Source: a virus
Reading direction: 5' to 3' (one strand)
Length of the DNA stretch: 64,000 nucleotides
Virus record (IMG/VR): IMGVR_UViG_3300029825_000007
Coordinates: 1,374 to 65,373 of that record
In this document: one piece after another, positions 35,984 through 45,467 of the stretch
Position numbering within the stretch: position 1 is the first letter of the stretch
Layout: the number at the start of each line of letters is the position of its first letter
The notes under the pieces: model-generated
The model's database searches: none
What the model was told of the DNA's origin: nothing
What the model saw: only the letters and a program-made list of their open reading frames with translations
Position numbers and translations under genes: made by a program

Positions 35984-36725
35984 GGGAAGACATATAAGAG
36001 AAGGAAACATATATAACAATGTCAGGGTCGTAAGCTTATATAGTTATGACCCAAAAAACAGATACTACAAATATAAATGCGAATGTCTAAATTGTGGTAC
36101 TACTTTTATATCCGGATCCCAAACAATTACAAATTATTCAAAAAACAATATTTGCCCTGAATGTCTTAAAAAGGAAAATGAAATAAAAAGAAAAAAAGAA
36201 TCAGAAAAACATATTGGTGAAAGATACGGATATCTTGAAATTATCGGATATGCAGGATTAAAAAAACTCGATCAAAAACGTTCGGTCATTACTCCATATA
36301 TGATATGCAAGTGTCATAAGTGTGGAAGTACTACAGATATACCTCTTACTAAGCTTGTAAATGGATATGCAAATGAATGTGCAAACTGTAGAAAAAATTA
36401 CCTAGAAAAGGGATGGAAGGCAAATGAAGATTATCACAAAGGTGGTTCTTATATCGGAAGTATTGAAAGCAGAAAGCTAAATAAAAATAACGCATCCGGA
36501 CATAACGGCGTTTCATGGAATAAGAAGCAAAAAAATTGGCGAGCATATATCGTATTTAAAAGAAAGCAATATCATTTAGGGACCTATGAAAAACTAGAAG
36601 ATGCTGTAAAAGCAAGAAAGGAAGGTGAAAAAGAGATATACGGGAGTTTTTTAGCATGGTATAAAGAAACATATCCTGAGTATTGGAAAAGGTTTGAAAG
36701 GAATAAAAAGAAGAAAAATGAATGA
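35961..36725 (+). CDS. zinc-ribbon/AP2-domain protein, paralogue of the C-terminal half of 33946..35211
   Basis: By eye it is about half identical over KGRHIREGNIYNNVRVVSLYSYDPKNRYYKYKCECLNCG.... AP2 segment: GVSWNKKQKNWRAYIVFKRKQYHLGTYEKLEDAVKARKEGE. Confidence 0.6.
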   Translation: METLKTPKGRHIREGNIYNNVRVVSLYSYDPKNRYYKYKCECLNCGTTFISGSQTITNYSKNNICPECLKKENEIKRKKESEKHIGERYGYLEIIGYAGLKKLDQKRSVITPYMICKCHKCGSTTDIPLTKLVNGYANECANCRKNYLEKGWKANEDYHKGGSYIGSIESRKLNKNNASGHNGVSWNKKQKNWRAYIVFKRKQYHLGTYEKLEDAVKARKEGEKEIYGSFLAWYKETYPEYWKRFERNKKKKNE

Positions 36726-36989
36726 TTATTGTAAAGGAATTATATATGCATCTAGTTCTATTGTTCATGATCAGGGGAAAGCCGGTCCTACATAGAAATG
36801 CATGGAGTATTGGATAAGTCAAAAAGAAATGGGAATAAATTTGTAAAAAAGCTGAGGTTACGAATATATGGAAATGAAAATGTATGGAATAAATGGAATG
36901 AAATATTATCAGAAAAGTAAAGGGCTTGTGAAAGGCTCTTTATATTTTGTCATACGTGCAAAAGCTCCTTTCTTACGTGTAAAATATAG

Positions 36990-37170
36990 TAACCATTCCT
37001 ATTTGATACCCCACGTGATACCCTGACGATACCACATGTCTGCAAACCCTTGATATATAAGGTTTTTTGAAAGCTGATGACGAGAATTGAACTCGTACAT
37101 ACAACTCTATTTTTCCAGTAAATTCAAGGCTTTCAAGCTCTTTTGTTTGATACCCTTTGATACCCCAGGT
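36990..37170. promoter_or_regulatory. attP-like region: arm-type repeats plus a tRNA 3'-end fragment
   Basis: There are five copies of (T)GATACC(C) at 37003-37036 and 37148-37170. On the minus strand, 37073-37096 reads ACGAG-TTCAATT-CTCGT-CATCAGC, which is a T arm plus acceptor 3' strand with no 5' half. Confidence 0.55.
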
Positions 37171-37171
37171 A

Positions 37172-38386
37172 TCATTTTATCATAAAATCAGGTATGTTAC
37201 TTACGATATCTGCTCTTTCTAACTCAGATCTTCGATTCCTATGATAATGTTCTTCACTGGTTCCGATATCAGTATGACCTAGCAATCCGATCACCATACG
37301 GTTATCAATGTGATTATCCATTAAGATAGTCCCATATGTTTTTCTGATTTTATGAGGGGATTTAGGGACAATGTTAAGTTTTTTACAGAGCCTTGAAAGC
37401 CTTCTCCTAACAGAATATGATTTAATTCTATCTCCATCACGGTTTGTAAAAATAAACTCTCCAAAAGGATTAATATGCTGCACCATTTTAGAAATCCATC
37501 TATAGTCTTTAGGTATAGCAATGTCCCTGATTCCGGCTTCTGTTTTCGGAAAGTCTTTAACCTCAAAGTGTGTGTTGCCAGAACCATCATTATATCTGGT
37601 CTCTGTTCTCTGCACCTTTACAGATATACCGTTGAAATCTTCATGTTTCAATGCCACTGCTTCCCCTATTCTCATCCCGGTAACAAACATTAATAAAAGG
37701 CATAGATTCTTTTCATCAATGTTATTTTCGAGATATTCAAGCATCAATGGCATTTCTTTTTCGTCAAACACTTCTTCTCTATCATCCTTTATAGTTTTAT
37801 GGAAGTCAGTTTCTGAAAGGTCAAGTTCATCAAAAATATCCTCGATTCTGAAATCTATCAGTTTCCGCTTTTTTGCTCTTTTGAATATTCCTTTTGTAAT
37901 TGTCTTAAGATTAGAAAAGGCTTTTGCGGAAAGCTGATGTTTTGGTATCTGCTCCTCAAGAAAATCTGTTATTTCTTCCGGATGTATAGCCTTTATACGG
38001 GATTTACCCAGTTCACTATAGAAACGGTCAAACATCTGTATATAACGGCTGTGTGAGGACTGAGAGATCTTCTCGAGGGAAAGTCTTCGATCATTCCATT
38101 CACTGAAAACTTCCTGAATGGTTGGATTCTCTTCTTGCTGTTTCCAATAATCCACAAGAACATCTTCTAATGCTTGTTTTGACTTCCGCTTCCGTGGAGT
38201 TCTGCCCGTTTCTGTTGGTATATAAGTGTGCCAATTATTGTCTTTACCATGCCATATCTTATAAGGATGCTTTTCTAGTAATTCCTGTCTATTTTTCATT
38301 TTTATTTTTTTTTGCACGTATGACAGATCTATCATACCATTGTCAACGGCATATTTCAATAATTCACTATTATTCATTTTTGACAT
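37172..38386 (-). CDS. int: tyrosine integrase
   Basis: 404 aa. It has a SAM-like domain and catalytic motifs: GMRIGEAVAL, HKIRKTYGTIL, LLGHTDIGTSEEHYHR. Confidence 0.85.
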   Translation of the reverse strand: MSKMNNSELLKYAVDNGMIDLSYVQKKIKMKNRQELLEKHPYKIWHGKDNNWHTYIPTETGRTPRKRKSKQALEDVLVDYWKQQEENPTIQEVFSEWNDRRLSLEKISQSSHSRYIQMFDRFYSELGKSRIKAIHPEEITDFLEEQIPKHQLSAKAFSNLKTITKGIFKRAKKRKLIDFRIEDIFDELDLSETDFHKTIKDDREEVFDEKEMPLMLEYLENNIDEKNLCLLLMFVTGMRIGEAVALKHEDFNGISVKVQRTETRYNDGSGNTHFEVKDFPKTEAGIRDIAIPKDYRWISKMVQHINPFGEFIFTNRDGDRIKSYSVRRRLSRLCKKLNIVPKSPHKIRKTYGTILMDNHIDNRMVIGLLGHTDIGTSEEHYHRNRRSELERADIVSNIPDFMIK

Positions 38387-38438
38387 TCTCCTTTTATAAA
38401 AGGCTTAAGAAATCAATCTCAAGCCCTATAGAAATGTC

Positions 38439-38735
38439 TTATGTAATATTATTTTTTTCTATCAAGTCACTTAATGCTTGTACAGTACGTTTATTAGTAT
38501 TGTCTATCATCCCAATATAGGCACGTAGTGAAATCTCTTTGCCCTCTGTTATACTGCACTGTTCAAGCTTTAAAAGTTTCTCAATGCAATGTGGGATACT
38601 GGAATAATTTCCAATTTTCCGGCTTGCATCTCTGCGTTTACCATCCTGTGTATGGCCTATATATCTTTGCTTTAAAGTATAATTAGGCTCTTTAATCTCA
38701 ACAAAATAATCATCTATTAAATTAACTATTGTCAT
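38439..38735 (-). CDS. hypothetical protein
   Basis: 98-aa ORF in the early operon. Confidence 0.4.
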   Translation of the reverse strand: MTIVNLIDDYFVEIKEPNYTLKQRYIGHTQDGKRRDASRKIGNYSSIPHCIEKLLKLEQCSITEGKEISLRAYIGMIDNTNKRTVQALSDLIEKNNIT

Positions 38736-38752
38736 TGTTTAAAAATCCTTTC

Positions 38753-38968
38753 CTATTTTAAATGCGTTTTATAGACGCTATGCGGATTTTTGCTGTTACT
38801 GGCTCTGTCGAATGCTCGTTGACGATCAAGAAAATTATAATGATTGTAGTTGTAGGCATTACGTTTTGTTAATTCAACACATCTTTCATGTGCAAAATTT
38901 ATATATGCAGGACAATCAGAATGGCATCCCACATAACGTGATTCACAATTTCGGCAAGGTGAAATCAT
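38753..38968 (-). CDS. cysteine-rich small protein
   Basis: C..C....C...C pattern. 71 aa. Confidence 0.4.
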   Translation of the reverse strand: MISPCRNCESRYVGCHSDCPAYINFAHERCVELTKRNAYNYNHYNFLDRQRAFDRASNSKNPHSVYKTHLK

Positions 38969-39417
38969 CTTGTTTCCTCCTCAATTTCTTGATGCAGTTG
39001 CTTTCTGGCTCTATTCTCAAAATCTGACATAAATACTTTTATATAATCTTTGCAAAAGTTTCCATCATGTGAAAGCCTGAAATTGCTGAATTCCTGTACA
39101 ACATTACTCCAATAGTTATCATCTACTGATGAATGTATAGGAAGAAGCTTTTTATACATAATAAATCCATCATTCAAGGTCTTTATAACCTTTTCTTCTG
39201 GTTCTCTTTCCTTATTTTTAAAATAATTCAGATACATGTTAGAGTAATTTGTGCAAAAGTCATTATGATATTTTTGCTTCAGGCTTCTAAATTCGTTATT
39301 AATATCATCCATCATATTTAAATTTTCATCATCGTTCATAGGAAGAAAGCTTTTGAAAAGTTTAAATCCCTCTTTAAAAATGTTAAATTCTTTTTTAATA
39401 TCTGCATTTCTCACCAT
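38965..39417 (-). CDS. hypothetical protein with an internal duplication
   Basis: 150 aa. Two similar halves: ..FKEGFKLFKSFLPMNDD..NFCTNY.. and ..LNDGFIMYKKLLPIHSS..NFCKDY... Confidence 0.4.
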   Translation of the reverse strand: MVRNADIKKEFNIFKEGFKLFKSFLPMNDDENLNMMDDINNEFRSLKQKYHNDFCTNYSNMYLNYFKNKEREPEEKVIKTLNDGFIMYKKLLPIHSSVDDNYWSNVVQEFSNFRLSHDGNFCKDYIKVFMSDFENRARKQLHQEIEEETR

Positions 39418-39431
39418 TTCATAGCCTCCTA

Positions 39432-41450
39432 TCAGTCTTCAAATGGGGAAATTTCATCCAATGGAGAAAAACCATCTTCGTCTTTATCCCACCCATAGAT
39501 TTTATTTTCAGCTTCATAATTTTTGAGACGTTTTGTCTCTTTTTCGTAGAAAAGTGGTACAAATACATCTTGTGTGCCACCATCTCTATCTTTTGCTATC
39601 TCTATAACATTTGTAGCGTCATAGATAGGGTTATCGTCTTTCCATGCGAACATCTGATGCGTTAAACGCTTGAAATCATCATTAACTCTATGAACAATAA
39701 AACCATTGTCAGCCGCATTTGTAAGATCACCAGTTCCGGATATATCATCAAGCCTTAGGAATCCCATTGCTTTACGAGGATGCGCTACAAAAAGGATATG
39801 TACATTCTTCTCTTCTGCCAACTTTTTTAGCGACCATGTGAATTTGGATTGTGCATCATACTTATTCATATCAAGGCCAGATATATCGAAAGCCATTAAA
39901 TTATCCAAAACAAGGAAGTCTAGTTTGTATTCATCTATAGCCTTTTCAAACTCTTTATATATTTGCGTGTAATTATTTCCATATGAATTGTTGAAAAGTA
40001 CAAACTTTCTACCCATCCATTGTGCAATTTTCTTCTGAATATCTTTCGGTGTATTGTAGTATCCTTCGAATTGCGTAGGTGCTACATGTGCTTTCCCGGC
40101 CGCTTGCTGATTCATCCACCGCATAAAGTTTTTAGGTGCTAATTCTCCTGAAAAGCATCCAACATTAAATCCATTATCAATGGCTGATAAAATCATTTGT
40201 GATAATATTGTTGACTTAGATGCCCCTCTCAGGCCTGATAAAACAGATATTTTACCTTTGCATAGACCTCTTAATCTATGGTCTAATTCATCAATTCCGG
40301 TCTTGATAAATGTTTCATCTACATGTGGCATATTAAAAATGCTTTCTGCTGTATAAAATAGCGGTTTTCCTTCTACAGGCTCTAGCTTTTTAGGTGGATG
40401 ATTTGTATATATTCTTTTTTCATAGTTCATTTGTTTCTTCTCATATGCATCTGGTTCGTAAAGCATCCTGACATCACGCCATGTCTTTGTTGAACACGAA
40501 TTGTGAAAACAGTGAAAACCGATAGAACCATTGCTTAAACGAAAAATACAAGCATCTTTACCGGTGTGATTACTGTCAAAAGGGCATTCATTAAGGACAT
40601 ATTTGTACCCATTCGAAAAACTTTCTCTTGTGTATCCTACATTATATTTATTGAGCCATTCTTCAAGATCAAACTCTCTCGGATTGTAGTTGTTGTATGG
40701 CTGCGCAGGCTGTGGCTGTGGATAAATATCTGCTAATTTCTCAAGATATTTTGGGTCTGTAACCTTCAAACAGTCAGGGCAACCCACTATTCGGCTCATT
40801 CGGTGTGGTCTTAGCTTGCTGTCAGTACCTTTTTGTGCCAATGTACCATATAATTTACATACTCTGGATGGGTTGAAATTTGTCATATCAACATCAATTT
40901 CATTATCCGTGAACAGCATGCTCAGAGTTTTTAAGCATTTCTCAAGCAGTTCCCTTTTATCAGGCTCATTTTTAAAATGAATTTTGTAAAGCAGATGAAC
41001 TCCATTCCCACTAAATCCCAACAAGGGCTGTTCAAAACCGATACTTGCCATAAATTTATAAACAGCATTTCCTTTATCTTTAGCTTTCTGCAATTGTTCG
41101 GCTGTGGCAGATGTTCCGGTCGGTCTTTTTGGGTCTAAATCCACCATTAACCAATCATAGCCCACAACGTCATTATCGCTTGTTGTAGCCTTACTATGAT
41201 ATTGAAGTATATTCTTCTGCGAACGGTCGAAACATGCAGGATGTAAGGCGTTTAGGGTCATGTAGATGTTGTACTCACTTCCATCATGGAATATCTGTAA
41301 AGCATCAATTAAATGGTCTGCATCACAAAAGTATCCGCTATAAACTTTTTTATTTTCACAAATCACACGAATTTCAAAAAGTTGATTATCAGGTTTCATG
41401 ATATTGATCGTTTTTCTTATCTCTTTTTCGTTAAATTGCGCTATTGCCAT
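39432..41450 (-). CDS. bifunctional primase-polymerase / DnaB-like helicase
   Basis: GGGAGGAGCAAGG RBS. It has prim-pol motifs (LMVDLDPKR and NGVHLLYKI), a zinc motif (CPFDSNHTGKDAC...FHCFHNSC), Walker A (GLRGASKST) and Walker B (FLVLDNLM). Confidence 0.75.
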   Translation of the reverse strand: MAIAQFNEKEIRKTINIMKPDNQLFEIRVICENKKVYSGYFCDADHLIDALQIFHDGSEYNIYMTLNALHPACFDRSQKNILQYHSKATTSDNDVVGYDWLMVDLDPKRPTGTSATAEQLQKAKDKGNAVYKFMASIGFEQPLLGFSGNGVHLLYKIHFKNEPDKRELLEKCLKTLSMLFTDNEIDVDMTNFNPSRVCKLYGTLAQKGTDSKLRPHRMSRIVGCPDCLKVTDPKYLEKLADIYPQPQPAQPYNNYNPREFDLEEWLNKYNVGYTRESFSNGYKYVLNECPFDSNHTGKDACIFRLSNGSIGFHCFHNSCSTKTWRDVRMLYEPDAYEKKQMNYEKRIYTNHPPKKLEPVEGKPLFYTAESIFNMPHVDETFIKTGIDELDHRLRGLCKGKISVLSGLRGASKSTILSQMILSAIDNGFNVGCFSGELAPKNFMRWMNQQAAGKAHVAPTQFEGYYNTPKDIQKKIAQWMGRKFVLFNNSYGNNYTQIYKEFEKAIDEYKLDFLVLDNLMAFDISGLDMNKYDAQSKFTWSLKKLAEEKNVHILFVAHPRKAMGFLRLDDISGTGDLTNAADNGFIVHRVNDDFKRLTHQMFAWKDDNPIYDATNVIEIAKDRDGGTQDVFVPLFYEKETKRLKNYEAENKIYGWDKDEDGFSPLDEISPFED

Positions 41451-42103
41451 CCTTGCTCCTCCCACAAATCTTCCATTGACATCTGTTCCGGTTCTTTTTT
41501 CTCTTTTGGAATTTCATTTTCATCTGGTAAATAATCTTGATATCCAGAATTAAGCCATGTGGAGCCATGCTTATATTGGAGATCAAAACCTCTTTTGCGT
41601 TGTTTCTCGACATCTTCCTTATATTTTTGTAGCGCATATTCCAAAGTGGGAAGACCGACTTTCTCAAGTTCTTTTTTCTTCTTTTTAGACACACTGGCTT
41701 TCCCTTTTTTGTTTGGATATTGTTTCCAAATTTCTTCAAAAACTGGAAATTCTTCTTCTTTTTTGTCTGGCTGCTTTTCTGGTTCTAGTTCTTCCATTGG
41801 ATGCATTTTTTCGGATTCTCGCACAGTTACCATACGCATAGAACGCTTTTCAACCTCTTTTGAGCCGCTTTTATATATAATGTTGACAACTATATACCCT
41901 TTAGCCTTAAGGCTTCTTATGATGGCACACACACGGTTCTTTGACAGGTCAAAAAAGTCTGCAAAATAAGCGTTTTGTGCAAAGCATCCGTCCCCACAAT
42001 CTAAACTGTCTATCTCAACCAACATCACTTTTTCTTCTAAAGTCAAGGTTTTATCTAGCCATATTTCTTTTGGTATCCATATACCTTTGAATCCTCTTTC
42101 CAT
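41441..42103 (-). CDS. replisome organiser / DnaD-like winged-helix replication protein
   Basis: N-terminal wHTH (GIWIPKEIWLDKTLTLEEKVMLVEIDSL...RVCAIIRSLKAKGYI). It sits immediately upstream of the primase-helicase. Confidence 0.5.
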   Translation of the reverse strand: MERGFKGIWIPKEIWLDKTLTLEEKVMLVEIDSLDCGDGCFAQNAYFADFFDLSKNRVCAIIRSLKAKGYIVVNIIYKSGSKEVEKRSMRMVTVRESEKMHPMEELEPEKQPDKKEEEFPVFEEIWKQYPNKKGKASVSKKKKKELEKVGLPTLEYALQKYKEDVEKQRKRGFDLQYKHGSTWLNSGYQDYLPDENEIPKEKKEPEQMSMEDLWEEQGWQ

Positions 42104-42238
42104 TTTGAAAACTCCTTAGATGCAGGGGAACAAGTTAAAAAAGAGTATAAAAAACACAGATAGGCTTATTCCCCTATAAAATTCTTAATTTTATTCTTTT
42201 TTGTATTGGTCTCAAGTGATATTTGCTGATTGAAATTA

Positions 42239-42913
42239 TCAGCAGTCTGATGTGTGTAATAAATCTATAATTTTTTTACCTGTTTCGTTCGGACTGCAAA
42301 ATTGAAATTCGCATCCATATTTTAACTGGCATGTTAACATTGATTTTGCTAGTGTCTCACCTTTTGTAGGCGGTTTCTTCGGTAATGGTATATTTTGCCA
42401 CTTTCCTATATTGTGCATATATTTAATCTTGTTGTATCTATGCATCCTCGGATTCTGCCATTTAAAGACATCATCAATTGTATGTATACTCGGTTCTTCC
42501 ACAAGGATAATCATTTTAGCGTTCATCTTCTGTGCTAGAATTAATTCATCCCTGAATCTTGCATGACTTCCAGAACAGATATTACCAGCGACTTCCAGAA
42601 GATCTTTTTTAGTATCTACAGATATCAAGATATCTGCTATCAAATCGGCTTTTTTAAGCTTGTCCGCTCTGCGGTCGATAGTTTCTTGCATCTGGCCTGT
42701 AACAAGGCAATAATCACCAAATGGCAAAGGTATAGGTACTACCGTGTACCCCAATCTTTCAAGTTGTCTGTGCTTACTAGCATTATTCTTCCCATGAGAA
42801 CCAGCAAACTGATTTTTGTCTGCGGCTATTTTAAATGTCTGACTGATTGGCAATTTCTTCCAACTCCTTTCTGATTGTAACATTTGTGTCTTCCTCAATT
42901 GCACCCCATACAT
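42239..42913 (-). CDS. ERCC4/Mus81-like nuclease (candidate junction resolvase); start uncertain
   Basis: It has ..PLPFGDYCLV.. and ..SVDTKKDLLEVAGNI..SHARFRDEL.. motifs. Confidence 0.35.
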   Translation of the reverse strand: MYGVQLRKTQMLQSERSWKKLPISQTFKIAADKNQFAGSHGKNNASKHRQLERLGYTVVPIPLPFGDYCLVTGQMQETIDRRADKLKKADLIADILISVDTKKDLLEVAGNICSGSHARFRDELILAQKMNAKMIILVEEPSIHTIDDVFKWQNPRMHRYNKIKYMHNIGKWQNIPLPKKPPTKGETLAKSMLTCQLKYGCEFQFCSPNETGKKIIDLLHTSDC

Positions 42914-43175
42914 CTTCTACAGATATATAACCATCTTGAAATGCTTCGTACTGATGCAACATTTCGTCTTTAAACCTTGTTAAACGCTTTTCTCCCCATC
43001 CAAATTTATCATGCAATGCAATAATGGGTAATCCCATCAAAAGGTCAAAAGACGTATTCATAGCTTTCATAGTGATCTCTTGTTTCATAGCTTCAAGCTG
43101 TGATTCTGTAAGATTGTATGTACGTTCTTTCTTCTTTTGTTCTCTCTGCTGTCTGCGTAATTCTGCTCGTGTCAT
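42831..43175 (-). CDS. hypothetical protein
   Basis: ATG at 43175 after an AAGGAGAAGAG RBS (MTRAELRRQQREQKKK...). Confidence 0.4.
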   Translation of the reverse strand: MTRAELRRQQREQKKKERTYNLTESQLEAMKQEITMKAMNTSFDLLMGLPIIALHDKFGWGEKRLTRFKDEMLHQYEAFQDGYISVEDVWGAIEEDTNVTIRKELEEIANQSDI

Positions 43176-43402
43176 ACCTCGCTCTTCTCCTTCTCTGGAA
43201 TGTAATAGCATCTTAAATCGTTTGCATAAAATTCGACAATACTGTTAAATACTCTTTTTGCTCTGATCGGCGATTTGTATATCCCTAATATTCCTGTTTC
43301 GCCTGACAAAGTTTTATAACAAATTCTTTCGTCAACGATGCTCAATATTTCGATATTGTCAAAGTTAATTATTATATTTTTATCCTGACTTATGATTAAC
43401 AT
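43172..43402 (-). CDS. hypothetical protein, intact paralogue of 47131..47406
   Basis: MLIISQDKNIIINFDNIEIL... aligns with MLIRSQDKARLINLNNVEKV.... Confidence 0.45.
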   Translation of the reverse strand: MLIISQDKNIIINFDNIEILSIVDERICYKTLSGETGILGIYKSPIRAKRVFNSIVEFYANDLRCYYIPEKEKSEV

Positions 43403-43486
43403 TTTTTATGCCATCCAATCTCTAAATTTTTTTTATATACTCGAACCCAATCTCCATTAATTCTCATATAATTATCCTCTTTTTAT

Positions 43487-43753
43487 TTAATTACAGTTCC
43501 GCGTCTTGCCAGTTCCCACAGCGGATTGAAGTAGTCTGGAATATCCGCATCTGTGAGTACATTTTTCTGTGCACCGCTGACAGCATTTTTCATATCCGCA
43601 GTAGCAATCGCATTTTTTTAAAGTGGCTGCACAGGCTTTTTCTGTGAATCTTGCCATTGGCTCCGGCTTTAAGAAGTCAAATATATCCATCTGTCCATTC
43701 ATGTCTTCACCGCCTTTTCTAAAAGGAGCCGGGATTCCTATTACAGTGGTCAC
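43487..43753 (-). CDS. cysteine-rich hypothetical protein
   Basis: 88 aa with a C-terminal CDCYCGYEKCCQRCTEKCTHRC cluster. Confidence 0.35.
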   Translation of the reverse strand: MTTVIGIPAPFRKGGEDMNGQMDIFDFLKPEPMARFTEKACAATLKKCDCYCGYEKCCQRCTEKCTHRCGYSRLLQSAVGTGKTRNCN

Positions 43754-43779
43754 TGCTCCAACTCTTTTCTATAATTTAA

Positions 43780-44499
43780 TTATTTAATCCCTGTACTGCC
43801 AATTCCACCTCTATTTGTATCAGATAGTTTGTCCACGGTTTCAAACACTATTTTCGGTTGATTCCTGACTATCCTGAACTGGCAGATACGATCATTCTTA
43901 TGTATCTCCGTATCTCGTAACGCATACGCCGGAAAATGCCATATATCTTCATTACCCGAATAACTATTATCTATTACTCCCATGTGGTTCGTTTGAATAA
44001 TACCAAAATTCTTAAACGTAGAACTTCTAGGCACAACATGTGCTTCATATCCATCAGGAAGTTTCATGGCAAATCCTAATGATATGAGTTTAAATTCTCC
44101 TTTTTTTAAAGAAACGTTTTCTGCTGATCTTAAGTCTATCCAATCACCGCCTATTTTTTGCTCCATTGGAATCATATCTGGTTCTGCATATCTCACAAAA
44201 ACAGGATATTTAAATCGTTCCATCCTTTCATCTTTATCTGAAAGATATACTCTACTTAACTTTTCTCCATGATTGCTTGTTTTCATTGCTTGTATCACTT
44301 TCATTGCTTTCAATTCACTATTCGTTTTAAGCTCATGTTCATTTACCCACCGAAATGGAAACTTTTCACTGTTTACTTCTATAAAATAATCATTTTGATC
44401 TGTTATTTTATCGTGTATCATACTCTTTACGATTGCTGTCTTCCACTCATTATCTGTAAATAAATTCACCTGCTGTTCTATTTCAAATTTATATTTCAT
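43780..44499 (-). CDS. dut: dUTP diphosphatase with an N-terminal extension
   Basis: The C-terminal half has dUTPase motifs: [23 protein letters not shown]. Confidence 0.75.
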   Translation of the reverse strand: MKYKFEIEQQVNLFTDNEWKTAIVKSMIHDKITDQNDYFIEVNSEKFPFRWVNEHELKTNSELKAMKVIQAMKTSNHGEKLSRVYLSDKDERMERFKYPVFVRYAEPDMIPMEQKIGGDWIDLRSAENVSLKKGEFKLISLGFAMKLPDGYEAHVVPRSSTFKNFGIIQTNHMGVIDNSYSGNEDIWHFPAYALRDTEIHKNDRICQFRIVRNQPKIVFETVDKLSDTNRGGIGSTGIK

Positions 44500-44510
44500 C
44501 TTCTTCCTCC

Positions 44511-44822
44511 CTACTTTTCATCTATAATCACCGTTCCGGTTGTATAGTAAATCACATGGCGTTTGCCATTCTCATCATCAAACTTAATCCTATTACTATC
44601 ATAATCAACATCAAATTTCCCTTTATATTTTTTTATCACATCACCTTCAAAGTCATATACAGTAACTTCTCTCTCAATGCCACCAGATACATTACTTTTA
44701 AGATCTTTAACTGTTCGCTTTCCTGATTCTGTTCTTGTAAATCCTATAACTGCTCCACATAACACTGCTAAAATTCCTATAACAATAACTGTATTTTTAA
44801 TATAATCTTTATTTATCTTCAT
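44511..44822 (-). CDS. membrane-anchored hypothetical protein
   Basis: N-terminal TM segment ([17 protein letters not shown]). 103 aa. Confidence 0.4.
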   Translation of the reverse strand: MKINKDYIKNTVIVIGILAVLCGAVIGFTRTESGKRTVKDLKSNVSGGIEREVTVYDFEGDVIKKYKGKFDVDYDSNRIKFDDENGKRHVIYYTTGTVIIDEK

Positions 44823-45022
44823 TCCGCATCCTCCTCTGGTGGATTCATAAACTTACTCATATAAAACGGTTCAAACTCATCTGTACAACACTGCCATTCT
44901 TTCCCATTCCCTACATCTACACCATACTTAGGTTCCTTTGGCCCCGGATGTACATATGTAATCACTCCCGGTACCTTATATAAATTTGTTTTGATCGCAA
45001 CCCATTGCCCGTATTTAAACAT
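44819..45022 (-). CDS. hypothetical protein
   Basis: AGGAGGATACAA RBS upstream of the ATG at 45022 (MFKYGQWVAIK...). Confidence 0.4.
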   Translation of the reverse strand: MFKYGQWVAIKTNLYKVPGVITYVHPGPKEPKYGVDVGNGKEWQCCTDEFEPFYMSKFMNPPEEDAE

Positions 45023-45032
45023 TTGTATCCTC

Positions 45033-45440
45033 CTAGTCTTCAGTATTTTCTTCATACTCAAATCTGGATATTATTTTCACATGATCATCGGTAACTTTAA
45101 GCATTTCCGCAACTCCACATTTGAGATCAGCAATTGTATCACTTGTTACTTTCCTTAGCTTATCAAGGTTATCATAATCCAAATTTACTTGAGAATAGCC
45201 AATGCTCCCTTCTCCTCCATACATTTCAGAATCTGATATTTCAAAATAAATTGCTACTGTAACGTCCATCTCTATCCTTTCCGGCAGAGGACTACTCCCC
45301 TGCCTAACAATGATATCATTCTGTTTCTTGCCTTCTCTCACTGGTTTCATCCACTTTATCGGCTCTACGTCTTTCATGGATTCTGCATATGTAATAGGGC
45401 TTTCTACGTAGTTTAGATGATCGAATAGTTTATTTTTCAT
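45033..45440 (-). CDS. hypothetical protein
   Basis: 135-aa ORF in the early operon. Confidence 0.4.
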   Translation of the reverse strand: MKNKLFDHLNYVESPITYAESMKDVEPIKWMKPVREGKKQNDIIVRQGSSPLPERIEMDVTVAIYFEISDSEMYGGEGSIGYSQVNLDYDNLDKLRKVTSDTIADLKCGVAEMLKVTDDHVKIISRFEYEENTED

Positions 45441-45467
45441 TCTTCTTTTCCCCTGTCTTATATGGAG

